Positions 22,798 to 36,200 of a stretch of 64,000 nt of DNA are shown piece after piece. Numbering within the stretch: the stretch's first letter is position 1; every line of letters starts with the position of its first letter. Source of the stretch: Catajapyx aquilonaris (Eukaryota); the NCBI GenBank assembly GCA_000934665.2, contig KZ538145.1, positions 1-64,000 of the forward strand. Reading direction: 5' to 3'. The notes beneath the pieces are model-generated. The model saw only the letters and a list, made by a program, of their open reading frames with translations. It was not told the DNA's origin and made no database searches. The translations under genes and the position numbers were made by a program.

Positions 22798-25700
22798 GCA
22801 CAAATGCCAGCCTCACTAATATCATTAGTTTCATTCACTACTACACACTCGATTTGCATCGCTCACTCACTACACACTTTTGCACTCACAAAGTGCACCC
22901 CTCCCGATTTCACTTACGTAATGAACACTTTGGGTGGGTGGGTCGGAGGGTGGGTGGGTGGGTGGGTGAGAGCCAATCGGTGCTATTGGAAGGCGACGTG
23001 TAATTAATTCGGGTGTGCGTTGCGGCTCACTTTTGGAACCCTGTTTGACTTCATTATGCACATGTTCCTTTGCGCCCCTCAAAATGCGTGTGCCCTTTCA
23101 TGTTCCGGCCAGCATATCGTTCCATCTGACGGAATACCGGCAACTGATGCATTCATCGCCATCTTCTACCTGGAGGTTCAATTGATATTTTTATTACGGT
23201 TGTGCACGCAATTCACGCGTCTTATTCAATTGCCTCTCCGTCGGATTTTCACTAGTTCGAATCATGTCATTTGTACAGTAACGTTCAGTTTTTTTTTGTC
23301 GAATGTACCTGCGGTCCCATTTGATTTTTCGGATCCGGGTCGTACCTTGTGTGTAGATGACATGAAGCAGGTGCAGTGAACAGACGCGTTATCAGCCACT
23401 GATTAGTTCAAGGTTATGATGGCGCTTTTGTTTTGCTCTCTCCTTCACTCACGGACACAAACCAATGCGGTTCAAAATGAACTTCCGTTACAACAGTGCC
23501 GGTCCCATCTAAACATTGACTAGAGTGCAGATCAACAACATTTGGTAATAACCAGCATCAGTATGTATGTGGGAACAGTGGTCGTGATGGTGAGCGTATC
23601 GACCCGTATTCGGACAGATTTGGAGGATGGAAGGATGACATGGGGGATTGAGGTACTACTGGCCAAAAAATGTGGCTAGTGGAAACACTACTATCGAACA
23701 TGGCGTTACATGATGCGCTTTTCTTGAACCAGCCAAGGTGTGTTATCTCCCAGGGACAGGTTGACATGAGGGCGATAATAGTGGCACTATCGACAACACA
23801 TGCCCCGTGCACACTGATAGTACGATGTACAATAGGGGAAAGATAATTCTGGCAACCATGCACTGCAAACAAAGGTGTAATCAGTGTTTGTCCAAACAAA
23901 TTTTTCCTTCTCAACCTGGCGCCAAGTCTGCAACTCTGGGCCGCATTGATTCCGTGAGCCCAAGCACCAGAAAGCACACGCATAATATAGGCGCACGCAC
24001 CTCCGACACTCGTCCAATAATCCCTTGTACATCTATCCCGTGAGTATACAGCAGCCTAAACCCTGGTGCTGTGGAGTTTCTCCAGCAGTGAGGAAAAGCA
24101 TGTTGGAATTGCTTCCCACGGCGAAAATTATTAATTCGACCTCCCGCCCGCTGTTCACGTGCATGAGGCTTAACTTCGACTCTCAACTGAAGAAAATCCA
24201 CTGGAATATGCAGACTTTGTTGCCTTCCAGCTGTATACGCACTTGCAACTTTTGTCTTGCTCTTTTGATATCACCATGACAATCATGTGCAGGGAGTACA
24301 AAAGTGTTATTCAACCATGCTGGCCATATTTGGATATTAATATCCAGGGAATTACCTGTGTAGGGTTCAATCGCATTAAAGAGCTGTTGGCAATGTAGGC
24401 CACTTTTTGCCACACTACTGTAACTACTATAATGCAGGCCATTTCAATACAGGCACGATATTCATTTTTAACTAGGAGAGAGTTTCTAAAAAGAGCAACG
24501 TTGTTTAACATGGATATGACAACTTGGTAGGCTACAAAGCAAAATTATACAGCCTACTCGACGTGGGAGGGAAAATGCGCCTGTATCAGCATAATAGCAC
24601 AAGACAGTATGAAATCAATATTACAATATGTAGGCGAAAATTCTAAGCCATATGCAGTCGGTGGCACAAAAACAGCGGTTTATTATTTTACCATTCGCAT
24701 CAAATAGGCATCACACATCACTCTGCAATTTTAACACCTGCAAGCCACGCCCCTGTTAATGGTTCCTGCACTTCAGGTACCAGTACATGAAACGCTGTCT
24801 TAACCAACTTAAATAAATTGCAGCTCTCGACGCGGCTAATTTATATATTTAAGCGGTTACTCTAGTTGACGTAACCAGTAAAATATGCATCATGCCTTTG
24901 TCACATCCACTGACCACACTTCGGAGGATGCCACGTGATGGATTTTTCTCTTCCGCTATTTCCGCAGCAGCCAGCAAATGTAAGACATTACATAATGACT
25001 TACTCTTATCATAATAAGCAAATTCTATTGGAGCACTTGTTTATTATGATAGTGCTCCACATTTCCATGCCATCTTACTCCGGTGCCAGGCGCCTATACC
25101 TGCTTGCATGTGACGTAAGATAGCCCAAAGAGGATCACGCCAAGTGTACAGTGCAGTAAATCTCCAACACACCTTCAGCACTTCCTTTGTAGTAGCTTCA
25201 ATAAGGAAATATCCTCTTATATGAAGAGGGGAACAGTACGTACTGTACTGCAGGTGGTTTCGATTGGATTTACACCCATGGCAGAAAATCCCCTAGCAGA
25301 GCACACGTGCCTAGATTCCCGTCGATATATTCCCACTGACCACTTTCAAAGCCCGAATAAAAATTCATCTGACGCAACAATTACCAAACCAAAGTACCTG
25401 TCTGTCTCTGCCCAACTTTCACTCCCAGAGAACTCCATCCCATTCGGGGGCATCCCGGCTTGAAAACCCTTGAGCTAGGCTACACCGCAGCACTTTTCAA
25501 CCTCCCCACCTCCTCCACCTCCTACCCACTCCACCTCTCCCCAATTCATGCACACAAATTGATACTCCGGAAAATCTCGACGCACCGGGACAACGGTGGC
25601 GTATGCAAATTTCGAGAGTGTAAGTCTTGCTGACCCACTTGCCCGCTGAAAGCAAACATACTAAGTGGGTTTGGCGAAAACCGGAGCGGGCAATCAAGCC

Positions 25701-25852
25701 CACCCACTCCCCCCCCCCTCTCTCCCCCCTCCCCAATTTGCCCAACTTCCCTTCCTTCCTGCAATCACCAACTCTACTCTGGCTGCTTACTACCACTGCA
25801 CACCACCAGTCACGAAACATGTTGCATCAACTCACAAAAAATTCTGCAAAAG

Positions 25853-25995
25853 CGAAATATTGCAAATATCGATATATTACAACCAAATTGGAAATCCACA
25901 TATCTGTTGAAACCAAATATAGTAAATCGATACTAAATATCGGTTTTTTGATATTTTTCAACCGTGGATTGATATATCGAAATATCGTAGCTCTA
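25853..25995. mobile_element. Degenerate hAT-like MITE remnant with ATATCG/ATCGAT subterminal repeats
   Basis: The right end reads TAGAGCTACGATATTTCGATATATC on the minus strand (a TAG-start terminus), and ATATCG/CGATAT motifs recur. The left terminus and TSD are not resolved. Confidence 0.35.
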
Positions 25996-28900
25996 TATGC
26001 AGCCCATTTCCCCTGAAGCAGCCCAGCCAGCCAACATGCATGGATTGCAGCGGGAGCCCCATCCCTTTCGAATCTTTTAGCGGGAGCTATTTTTTTCAAA
26101 GCCCCCTAGGATCCAGCCAACGCATCAATTCCGCCTTTCAATTAATGGCAGCAGGCGAGGAATGGCATTTAATATTTCACCATCCCTCACTCCTATCAAT
26201 GAGGCGCACGCGTTTCGGGCAGAGGCCGAAAAGAGGCTCAAATAGGGAAACGACCGGGGGGGATAGAAGCTAGGCTATGTGATGAATGTTGCGATACCTA
26301 CGTCTATATACCAATAAATAAACTCAATCGGCGTACAGTGTTTCCTGGCACAACATTGCCTTTTTTTCACATTATCAGGTGCCAAGTTAGTCAACAATTA
26401 TTCATGAACTTTTGACGCTTGCCGCTACCTTTTTCGAGTCTAAGTGCTCGTAACTTGATTGTGGGCGTTATCAGGGGGTTGGCTGGTATGGATTTTTACG
26501 TATAGAAGCTCAACGGGTTCTTTTAACGCAAAATGGCTGATGTCACCGCAACACTAAAGAGGTTTTCAAAATTTCATTATTTAACGCTTTTGATGTCCTG
26601 CTCAAAAGCTTATGGTGAGTCAAACTGTTGGAAATCACACCAGCTGACCAAAGAAATATTTGCAAGGTATGTAGGGCAAATACTGTACCTGGCACCATAA
26701 TCAACAGGAGCAGTATCAAGCCAATTCATCACTCTGGAAGTCCGTTTTCCTATTAGGCTCGGAGAAACAGGGTGCCCATGGCGATATGCCAGTTTTCTCA
26801 TCATCCCCCCCAAAGTTTCTGCAAACACAGATCAAGTGTGTTGTCAAATGCAGTTCTAAAGCTTGGCTGCGTGAAAGGGGAATCAAGCTTAAGCGCATCG
26901 GAGAACTGGTGCGAGAGAAATGCGGCAAGTGATAGAGTGCAGGGGCTCAAGATGGCCAACTGAAGTCTGCCGACACCTGATAACTAAACCATTTTTCCTG
27001 GCTCCCAGCCGCTTCTTGGGGAAGACAGAGGATAGGATTCAGACGGGGGAGAAGGAGGGAGGACACTTTCCCTCCTCCTCCCCATCATCGGGTCCTACTA
27101 TTCTACCAGCGCCTACAAAAGCTTTTATCCCGGCATTGTCTCCTTCTCCATTATTATTGTAACACGTGGTGCTCTGCCACAATGGCGCCAACTTACTGCT
27201 CCGAAGAGTGACGGAGGAGGAGGAGACCCCCCCTTCTTCTCGTCTTCCTCCATTCAGTACTCAATTACCAAGTTGCCAACTATAAGCCGGAGGCTTTACG
27301 AATCGTTCGTTCTAGATTCGGACCCCCTCCCCCTCCCGCCCCCCTCTCACGAAAAAATGCCACTATATAAAAGGAAACTTGCTCTTCCTTCAAGAATATC
27401 GACTAAGAAACTGTACGCAGTAAACCGTTCACCTCGTCAGCAACTGTGGCATTCACTATTATTTATTTAGGGTTCAGCAAGGCGCTAACCCAATCTAGCA
27501 TGCATAAGCGGAAAGTGAACTTGAAAAAGGAAGGCCTTTGTGCACGGAAAAAATAACTGGAAAGGAATCCTAGCTCGTTGTCAATATTTCTGACTGACTG
27601 GCACGAGAAACGCTCACTGCCTCAAGCCTTTGCATGCATAATACAACATTGCAAGTTGGAACAAGGAGGCTTACCAACATTAGTTTCGCCATCGATGAAG
27701 TTCAACCAAGTTTTTTTATTATTATTTATTTAATGGTGTCAATTTGCGCTTCTAATGATCTAGTAGCATATAGCTTCTAGCATCAACATTGCAATGTATG
27801 ATCGAAGTGTCGAACATGGTTTGACATATCCTTCCCAAATATGGAGCTAAAATGATCCCTCCTGGTGTATTAAAGGAGGACGGATATTGCGAATTCTGGT
27901 TGTCAAAATCGAACCCCGAAGAAGTGCGGTAGTGGAAGCCATTAGGTGTAGGAAATGTATCTGAAGCAGGTTTGGGCGTGGATAGGAGAGCGATAAATCC
28001 CGGCCATTTGGCAGCAGTTATTGCGGAACAAGTTCTCCGCCATGGTATGCCGTTAATTACTAGCCTTGCACACCCGCCTCCCCCCCCCTTTCTGTGCTTC
28101 TGCCGAGTATAGACGCTGATCAGCCATGAAATAAGCCGGCCAGCACACCAGGCAAAAGCGTGCCAAGCAAGAAGACGAGGCGCCGGCGCCATTGGGCTCA
28201 TGCCTTTTTCGGACCACGTCATCCATATATACCTGTAACTTCACCCGTCTCCGGAATCAATTGATGGGGACGTCGAAATCAATACGATCTAGTCCGTTCG
28301 TATCCTCTGCTCCAGGGTCAGCAGCACCGGACAGGTGCAGACTGCTACAAGATTGTCTTCGATCAAAGGAGGCTTGGAAAATAAACCATTGCAATTTTGA
28401 CAAACTTGTCCAACTATACCGACATGCTCAGTGGCACCCATCTTGCCGCAGTAAGACGCTGTAATTCCTCTAGTTTGAATGGAAATCCTGGGCTCGGGCG
28501 CATTTAACCGCGGACTAAACAGGTATAATTATCAGCCCTGTCGAATGCCTAATTATATCACAAACACTTTGGGGCTTCTCGAGTTGCATTGGAGGCGGGT
28601 ACCTACCATCCATCCATCTATCCTTCTCTCTATTCATTCCCTTTCCCCATTCATACACACCCAACTTCCTCTTTCTGATTTGGGCTGCCAGTCGCAAATA
28701 GATCCCAGCCCCATGCAGCAGCAAAGGCCCGATATAGCAGATGGTCCAACCCCGCCACAGAAATGTATATACCAAGGGGGGTGCAAAGTTATCGACGAGA
28801 AAACTTTGTGCTTTAGCGTGCTGTACCATGACCTCAATTCCCCGCCGTCTTATACAATAGCAGCAATCACATCGATGCTTCCATTCCGTGCAGATTAGAC

Positions 28901-30992
28901 AATGTGGCGTAGATACGCATAGGACTATCCCGGGACAGAGGAAATGAGGTCGGCAGGACAACCGGTGTGCACGCGACCAACCGCTTCTTTCAATTGCTGC
29001 TGGCAAAACCCAGTGGGTCGTGCATCATCCCTAGGATTTGGGGGGGGGGGGGACTTGAAGCATATACCCANTCGGCCTCTTCTGCAGAATAGGCCAGAGC
29101 TCTCTCTATCCTCGTGTTTATATCCCCGGCTCTCAAAATAGACCGCCACGTGCAATTCTTCTTCAACCAAGCCAGAACCCCCCTCTTGATTTTTAACCAA
29201 GGTTGCGTCTTAGGTGGGTGAGAATTGCTAATGAATTCTTGCGTGGAAAATTCAGATGCCAGATAAGCTTTTCCAACCTCAGGCAAGCATTGTAAGAGCC
29301 TCGATATGGCCATTTTCAGGGGGGGTTGAAAGTGGGAGCGTCTTCGGGGATTGGAACCGACAAGCCTGGTTGGAACATGGCCACCGCCAAGGTGCTGCTG
29401 CCGCTTCTTGCTTTTGCTGCCTGTGCCATCCCCGACCTTAGGATATTGATTGCTGCGCCGAATGGAACCAGGAGACGAGGTGGAGAAGAAGACTAGGGGG
29501 GGAAAAAAACGAGGACCCACATTCCTGACTCTCAGACCAAAAGAGGATAAGGACACATCATTTCCATCTAAATATCTTTTGCATTTCCCCCACACACGTG
29601 TAACAAATTTTCAACATATAGCCCACCTTCCTCATGGGTGGTTGGGTATCGGGTTATGGTAGAGGGCGACGCCACTCATATTTGGAGTCAGAAGCATAAA
29701 GGCACCCCACCAGAAAAGCTCCACGACATTCTATTCCGTCCTCGCAGCTATAAAAGTACAATCGTGGAGCAGCAGAAAGCACACCGCAATATTCCTCCCC
29801 AAGCCAGAAAAGGACGACTTTCTCGCCCCAATTGGCATTTTTCAGAGAGAGAGAGAGAGGGGGGGGGGGGGNGGGGGGGGGGGGGGGGGGTAACTTCGTC
29901 ACGCAGCTGCCCCATTCCCCTCCCCTCCTTCCCCCAACCCACCCACCATATTATTAAATTACGCGAAAGGACGGGAAAACCCAGAGAAGGGTGGGGGAGT
30001 TGCGAATTGGCAGCACCAGAAATAACGAAATGGTGTTTTCTAGCTCACCAATGGGCGCCTGAAACACTAAAAAAAAACGTGGCTCCCAAAATTATTCCCG
30101 AGTCTTGTTTCCCCCGGATATTTCTGCCAATATTCCAATCTACCAGGTAGCTGGTTCAATTCAATATTCATCGACGGCATCGCGCTTTGATTAGGCCGCA
30201 CCCCCCCCCCCNCCCCCTCGAAACACATACGGATTCCCACAATGGAAACCCTAGTTTCTCATTAACCTGCTGGATTCCACAGTCTTCGCCCTTCCCAATT
30301 ACGCCAGCTGGGTCGAAAAAAGGAACCCAGCCCTGCACCCAAAAGACCACTAATTGCTGCTACACTGCAGCAATGGGCGTCGAGCGAAAAAAAAGGATCA
30401 AAAATGGTGGTTGTGCCAGCCAGACAACCCAACCTAAACCAAGAAATGGGGATAATTATAGCGTAATGTGTTTCTAGCAAATGGGCTAGTGTTAAGAATG
30501 CCTCGATGCATGTGGGCAGGGGGGGGGGGGGGGTNGGGGGGGGGGGGTCTGTCATGGGTTGCCAACTACTGTAGATATAGATATAATCAGCAGCCGAAAC
30601 GTAACTACTCTCAAAATGAGTTACAATTTTTTTTATAGATCGAACAGTTGAAACAGATCCTTCTGATGCTTGCAGGCCACTAGCCTTTTGCTGACTCCAT
30701 CACCGCGTTTGGGGTGACACAGTATTTGCTGACACACACGAAACCCTGTACACGTCCAGCTGCTATACCGCAATTGGCTATATGCTCTCAAGCGTTCAAC
30801 TGACAGTCGCTGGCCTCAGAAAACCCCCAGAAGTGCTGCTACTGGCAGTATTATTCACTGTTGAAAAGTGGTTTGCGAAACAATTGGATCTTTTTTGTTT
30901 GCCCCATTGGAGGGAACGAAGCCCTTTTTAGGGGGATGGATTACCACAATTTTTTCTTACGAATTTTTCTTTCGCATTTTTCTCTCCGGTTC

Positions 30993-31320
30993 AGGGATAA
31001 GGATAGGGATTTGTGTGGAGGGGACACTGGTGCAATGTTGGGGGTCGTGTGCAGTCCCCCTGGGGGTCAGGTTTCAAGACAACAGCCTGTAGGTGCGGGT
31101 CAGATACTCCCCGCCGACACCGCACCTCCCCAAGGCTGGGTCAAGGAAAGGAAAGGAAGGGGGCTGTGGCCTATTAATTACAGAAGCGACCCCGGAATTT
31201 TCCTGGGGGGACCGTGGGAAACCCCAGAAAACCACGATCAGGATCGCCGGCCCCGAGACTCGAACCCAGGACATCACGATTAGCAGTCGGACGCCTTGTC
31301 ATTCCACCAACCTGCTTCGG
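30993..31320 (-). mobile_element. tRNA-derived SINE, apparently full length (~328 bp)
   Basis: On the minus strand there is an A-box TGGTGGAATGAC (31298-31309) and a B-box GGTTCGAGTCT (31256-31266). The body contains GTGGTTTTCTGGGGTTTCCC..., followed by a stem-loop-rich 3' part and an (ATCCYT)-type tandem tail near 30993-31012. A second copy of the body lies at 33122. Confidence 0.8.
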
Positions 31321-33121
31321 TAACAATCGGTAGCCTGCAGAATAAGAACAATGCCTTTTTATATAGATTGGGAACAACAAAGAGCGAGGTGAAATCTCTT
31401 AATTCTTTCATATACTTATAACTAGATACCAGGATTGTCGCATGATCATTGTTTTTATAGAAGCTTTGTATTCCAACAATGGAAGATACTACAGCCAAAT
31501 AATACCCTAAGTACAGATAATCCCACACTAATGTTACCTACCAAATGACCCAGAAGATGAATAAAGTGAGCACATTTCTGGCAAAAACCAGCATCATCCT
31601 GAGTTCGTTCCTCCCTTCCCCTCCTTCCCCCGAATATGATTCCCTTCCAGTGTAAATAACCGGAGAAAACAAACTGGAAGCAATCTCCTAGAAGAGTGCC
31701 AAGTCCTCTCATCCGCCCCGCGGGCTGGGTATTATGGTCCCGACGAATTAAAGCAAACACGGCCATCCTCTAGAAAAATGTCGGCACCGATAAGCAGGTT
31801 AGCCCCCAAAGCTGACTGTCAAAACTTGGCCTCTTATCCTAATGTAAAGCTTCTCTCCCCGCCATGTAGTTGCCCATCCTCCAATATAAAATAGAGCGCA
31901 TCTCTCACATTGGAGGGGCTGAGAATGGATGCGATGAACCTGCAAATCAATCAATGGCCTTCCTGGGGAAGCCCAATTACCAAGATTGCTTATCTGGGCC
32001 ATCTAGCAACGGAATTTTATGGGATGGAATAGGTTGTGTTGTGCATGAAGCGCCACCGATTAGCCACCACTATCGCTTCCTGCCTCTATCAGCAATAAAT
32101 CCTACCGATAAACAGGAGATAACCTCCCGCAAAACCGACACTGTATAGTACTAGAGTGTACAACGCACGCCGCTATGATTTACAAGCTCGCAAAATTATC
32201 ATCCGGGTTTTGGGGCCTGCCAGCGCCGCAGGAATTTATGCTAAACCTTACCCTTCGACTGGGTTGCAAGAAAACCTGGCCGAAAAACCTGGCCAGGAAA
32301 AACAACCGAGCTGATTGATGGATGTTACACTATATCTGTATTATATCGGCCTGGCAGTGTTATTCTATTCAGCACGTTGCAAGAAACGCCCACCGTCGAC
32401 TGCAATTTACAACGCCGCTAATCAAATAAGTGGACTAACCGCCTCCGAACTCCCCCCTCATCCACCCTTTTCCTCCAGACAAATTGTACAAGTTCATTTC
32501 CTGAAAAGGAACTCGGCGTCGGCTGCTGATTTAGCGAAGAAAATTCCGGGGCCATAAATCCGCTCCTTGCAACTCCAGGCCCCCCCACCTCTGCTGCCCA
32601 ACTTGTGTCCCGACACCTTAAAAATGACTGTCTAAATTGAGTTATGTGGAGAAGCCGGCCTTTTAGTAAGAAAACCCCCCCTGTACCCCCCCCCCCCTTA
32701 ACTGCCACCTTTCTAGTGGCGGAGGAGACAAATTCGCAAATGCTCTCTCCGCCACGATCATTCCTTAACTTAGGATCAACTTGCTCTACAGAACCTTCCT
32801 TGTAATCACAGGATGCACCACCAATAGCCTGGATACCCATTATTAACCTCAGGTTCCAGCAAAATTGCAATTCCAGCAAAAGGATTCAAGATGGCGGCGG
32901 TCATAGACATAGCCGACTCGACTCAAACGGGATGGAAATTTTCGTTGTTTCTCTGACGCCCGCACTAGATGGCGATGGATGGAGACCTGGTGTGGCAACA
33001 TGTGTATTTATCTATCTATTTATTTTATTTATATTACCCCACTGCACTGGGAGAACCGGCGCTCCATTTACCACCATTTTACCACTCATTTTTTTTTGAA
33101 ATTTTCTTCACACATGGATGA

Positions 33122-33210
33122 GGCCAAGGGAAGGAAGGAAGCGGCTATGGCCTATTGTACGGAAGCGATCCCAGAATTATCCTGGGGGGACCATGGAAAA
33201 CCACGGTCAG
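33122..33210 (-). mobile_element. Headless SINE fragment, same family as 30993-31320
   Basis: ggccaagggaaggaaggaagcggctatggcctattgtacggaagcgatcccagaattatcctggggggaccatggaaaaccacggtcag aligns with 31139-31241. Confidence 0.8.
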
Positions 33211-36200
33211 CAACCTGTGTATTATTGAACCACGACAATGACTGTGGGGTCAGGAGAGACGACCTAAGGAGGTCAGATTTATCACTGAGTTTTGAAAAAG
33301 AAGCGGTTGTGCCATTTACACAATAGCTTGCTGATAGGAGCTCCATTAGTGTAATAGATTGCATTATCGAGACTTTAAGCACACATGACCAACCCAATTC
33401 CTGACATATCTATGTGCGCTAAGTTAACACACCTACTTCAGTGCGTCCTTCATGTCTCAAAATGGATTGGAGGGTATCGGATTAGCCGGAGTGCGTCGTG
33501 CTCTCATTCACTTACGTACATATTAAGCAATCTATTTTTAAGACACTTTTTGGGAGATTACTCTCTCCAGAATGATTAATAGCCTACTGCCAATACATGC
33601 CAAAACATGTCTCATCAAAATGATAGCGCCCGTACTATACATAGAAGAATATTATGGAGAGAGCCAAGTTGCACCAAAATGATAACACTTAGAAATAACT
33701 CACAAGTTGGATAATACAGGAAGATTTCCTCCCTTAGAAATAATATGCGCACAAAGTTATTATTCTATGCCTGGCAATGAGTCTCGCTTACAGTGAAAAA
33801 ACTGATTAGAAAGTTCAAGTTTGGTGAATCAACTTCTGCAGTGGTATTCACCCTGCTGAGTAGTAGTCAAAATATTAGCCTAGCGGAAACATTGTGGGCA
33901 TGCAACTTTACACTGCCACAGTAGCATGTTTGATGTGCAGCAAGGAAAAGATAACAATAGTCATTCTGGGAAATGGAATGGTATTATGAGAACTCCCCAG
34001 AGGCCGCAAGTCAATAGTAGCCTACATGAGTCATTCAAAGCTTTTGACGTCCAACTCATTGTTGTGGTTTGAGCAAGTTTAGGCAGTCAGGCCAACATGC
34101 GAACACTACAAAAAAAAAAAATAGTTGAATAACCCCCAACCATAGCTTCCTAGAGATGACTTGCAATATTTAGGAGTTTGTCAGGTTAGGGCCAGCCAGC
34201 GCTGCATCGGCTTTTTGAGACCCGTACATGTTCGGTCCATCCATCAAAGTCTGCAGAAATCTGGAAGCTGGTCGAAGCAGCTTGCTTTGCCAGCACTGGT
34301 GTTTCAGGCAGGCTTAAGAGATGACACCCCCATGCACTGCACGTGTACTTGGCAGCCCCCATACTCAGATGCCGCATCGGGTGGGTGTTCCCAAGAAAAC
34401 TGAACACTTCCTTGCGAAAACCTGCTGGACCTATATACCCAAAGCCCGGGGAGCAAAAATCCATGTGGCGGGCCCTTAAATTATGTCAAGATGCGAGGAT
34501 AATGCTGCGGAAATGCTTTACTACGGAAGCGTGATGGGGAACTTAACCGTGGCTCAAGGAAAGTGCTTCTGCGGCGATGCTTCTTACCCTCTAGAGACCT
34601 CCCCCCAAAAAAGTGTACACACAACCGGATCATGTCACATACTGAATTGTTCGCGTGCAATCCGTCTGCCCACTTTTTATTTTTCATTTGGGCTTTATGA
34701 CCGCTGGGTATTGCCGCGATGAATAATAAGCCGCGCGTTTATTTGAAGTTTTTACCCTCCCACCCCCCCACCTCCTCTCTCTATTTTTTTGGGTCCTCCC
34801 CCCCCCCCCCCCCCCCCCCNGGCCCACAGCAATTCATCCCAGTGCAATTTACAGCGGCCGCACGCTCAAAATAATGCCCCGGTCGGCGGTCGGTTGTAAA
34901 CAAGCATATGACTCTTCCTTTGAAATCGAATTCGCGCTATCGTGACTGCTGCAAATGCGTTCGCATGCAGAAATGAGAGTCCCACAACGCATCATTGCCT
35001 TTCGCGAAAATCTGCAATTTCCCTCCCACCCAACCCCTGGCCACCATTATCTATCGCAAAAAAAAACGCGTTTCATTTGCAGCCATAAACGCTGCTTAGG
35101 TTTCAATCAAACGCATCGGCATTTCTTTTCCTAGGGATGGAACCCGAGCAATGTGTGTTATTAAGCGGCATGCCACCTCTTTTTTTTCATATATTATGAC
35201 ACACGACCCACTTGCTATTTTCCATTTCGCCGGTCAACCCTTGGCTCTCAAAGTGGTACAAAATGCGGAATTTAAACTGCCACAATGCTTTTGTTCCGCC
35301 ATAAATTAATCCGGACTGCATGCATTCCAGATTAATTTTTTCCGTCAGAACGCGCTGGATTGTTCAAACTAATAAAACGGTGTGGTATTTGTGTATTGTA
35401 GTAGTTAGTGTCTCGCCTTGACTTTGGCCCAGATTTGGGTCCGGCCCCAATTAACCCTGGAGGCGTCCTAAGGAGCAGAAGCGAGCAGAAGCCATCTGCA
35501 CGAGTTCCAAAACCTTCCGGACGTGACTGAGAGTGCGTTCCAAGCCCTGCAAATATAATGGAGCTGCTTATTAAGGGTGGCGGCATTCCAGTTTGGCAAA
35601 ATCTCATCATCTGATGCCAGTCCACTCAAGCCAACCCTTTTGACCCTACCTATCTTTTCTTGGCGTTCTAAGAAGGCGCTAAAAAACAAACAGAAACCAA
35701 AAGTGCCTGGGGGGGGGGGGGNGGGGGGGACCATTAGGCCTAACTTTCCCTCAGCATTGGCATGGATTTTTGTCCCCTTTGTTGAGCAAACACTCCTTTA
35801 TTGTGTGGCTTCCCTCGATGAATCCATCGGGCGGCCTTACTCGCCTAGGCTTCACCTCGGACAATACCTTATTGTGCTTTAATCCCAGTCGATAATGTGA
35901 AGTGGAGGTCGTCACACAGAACAAAGGACAGCTCTCATAAATTATTCCGACAATCGATCTAGGGATCGATCGCAACCCGGTGGTTGCAGCCGACAACTAA
36001 ACAAACGCTCAAAGAAGTAAACAAATATCGGATGGGGGGGATATCATTCAGGGATCTTCAACGGACACATATTCGGGCATGACAGTAATAGGCTCTAATG
36101 ACGGGACAGTGGGGAACAAAATGTGATTTTGAAGTATTTGAACATGCGTGTAGTGGGGATAGATAGTCATCGTTCATTTAGGGGTAGTCGCTTAATACAC

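Noticed and set aside
28990..29595. Longest ORF in the track (201 aa, minus strand)
   Set aside because: It has a non-ATG start, spans a homopolymer and an N, and shows no protein-like motif.
31010..31140. Possible HDV-like or hammerhead ribozyme in the SINE 3' region
   Set aside because: Hairpins are present, but I could not build the required pseudoknot or catalytic core by eye.
31245..31320. Possible tRNA gene
   Set aside because: A/B boxes are present, but there is no proper acceptor stem and it continues into a repeated SINE body.
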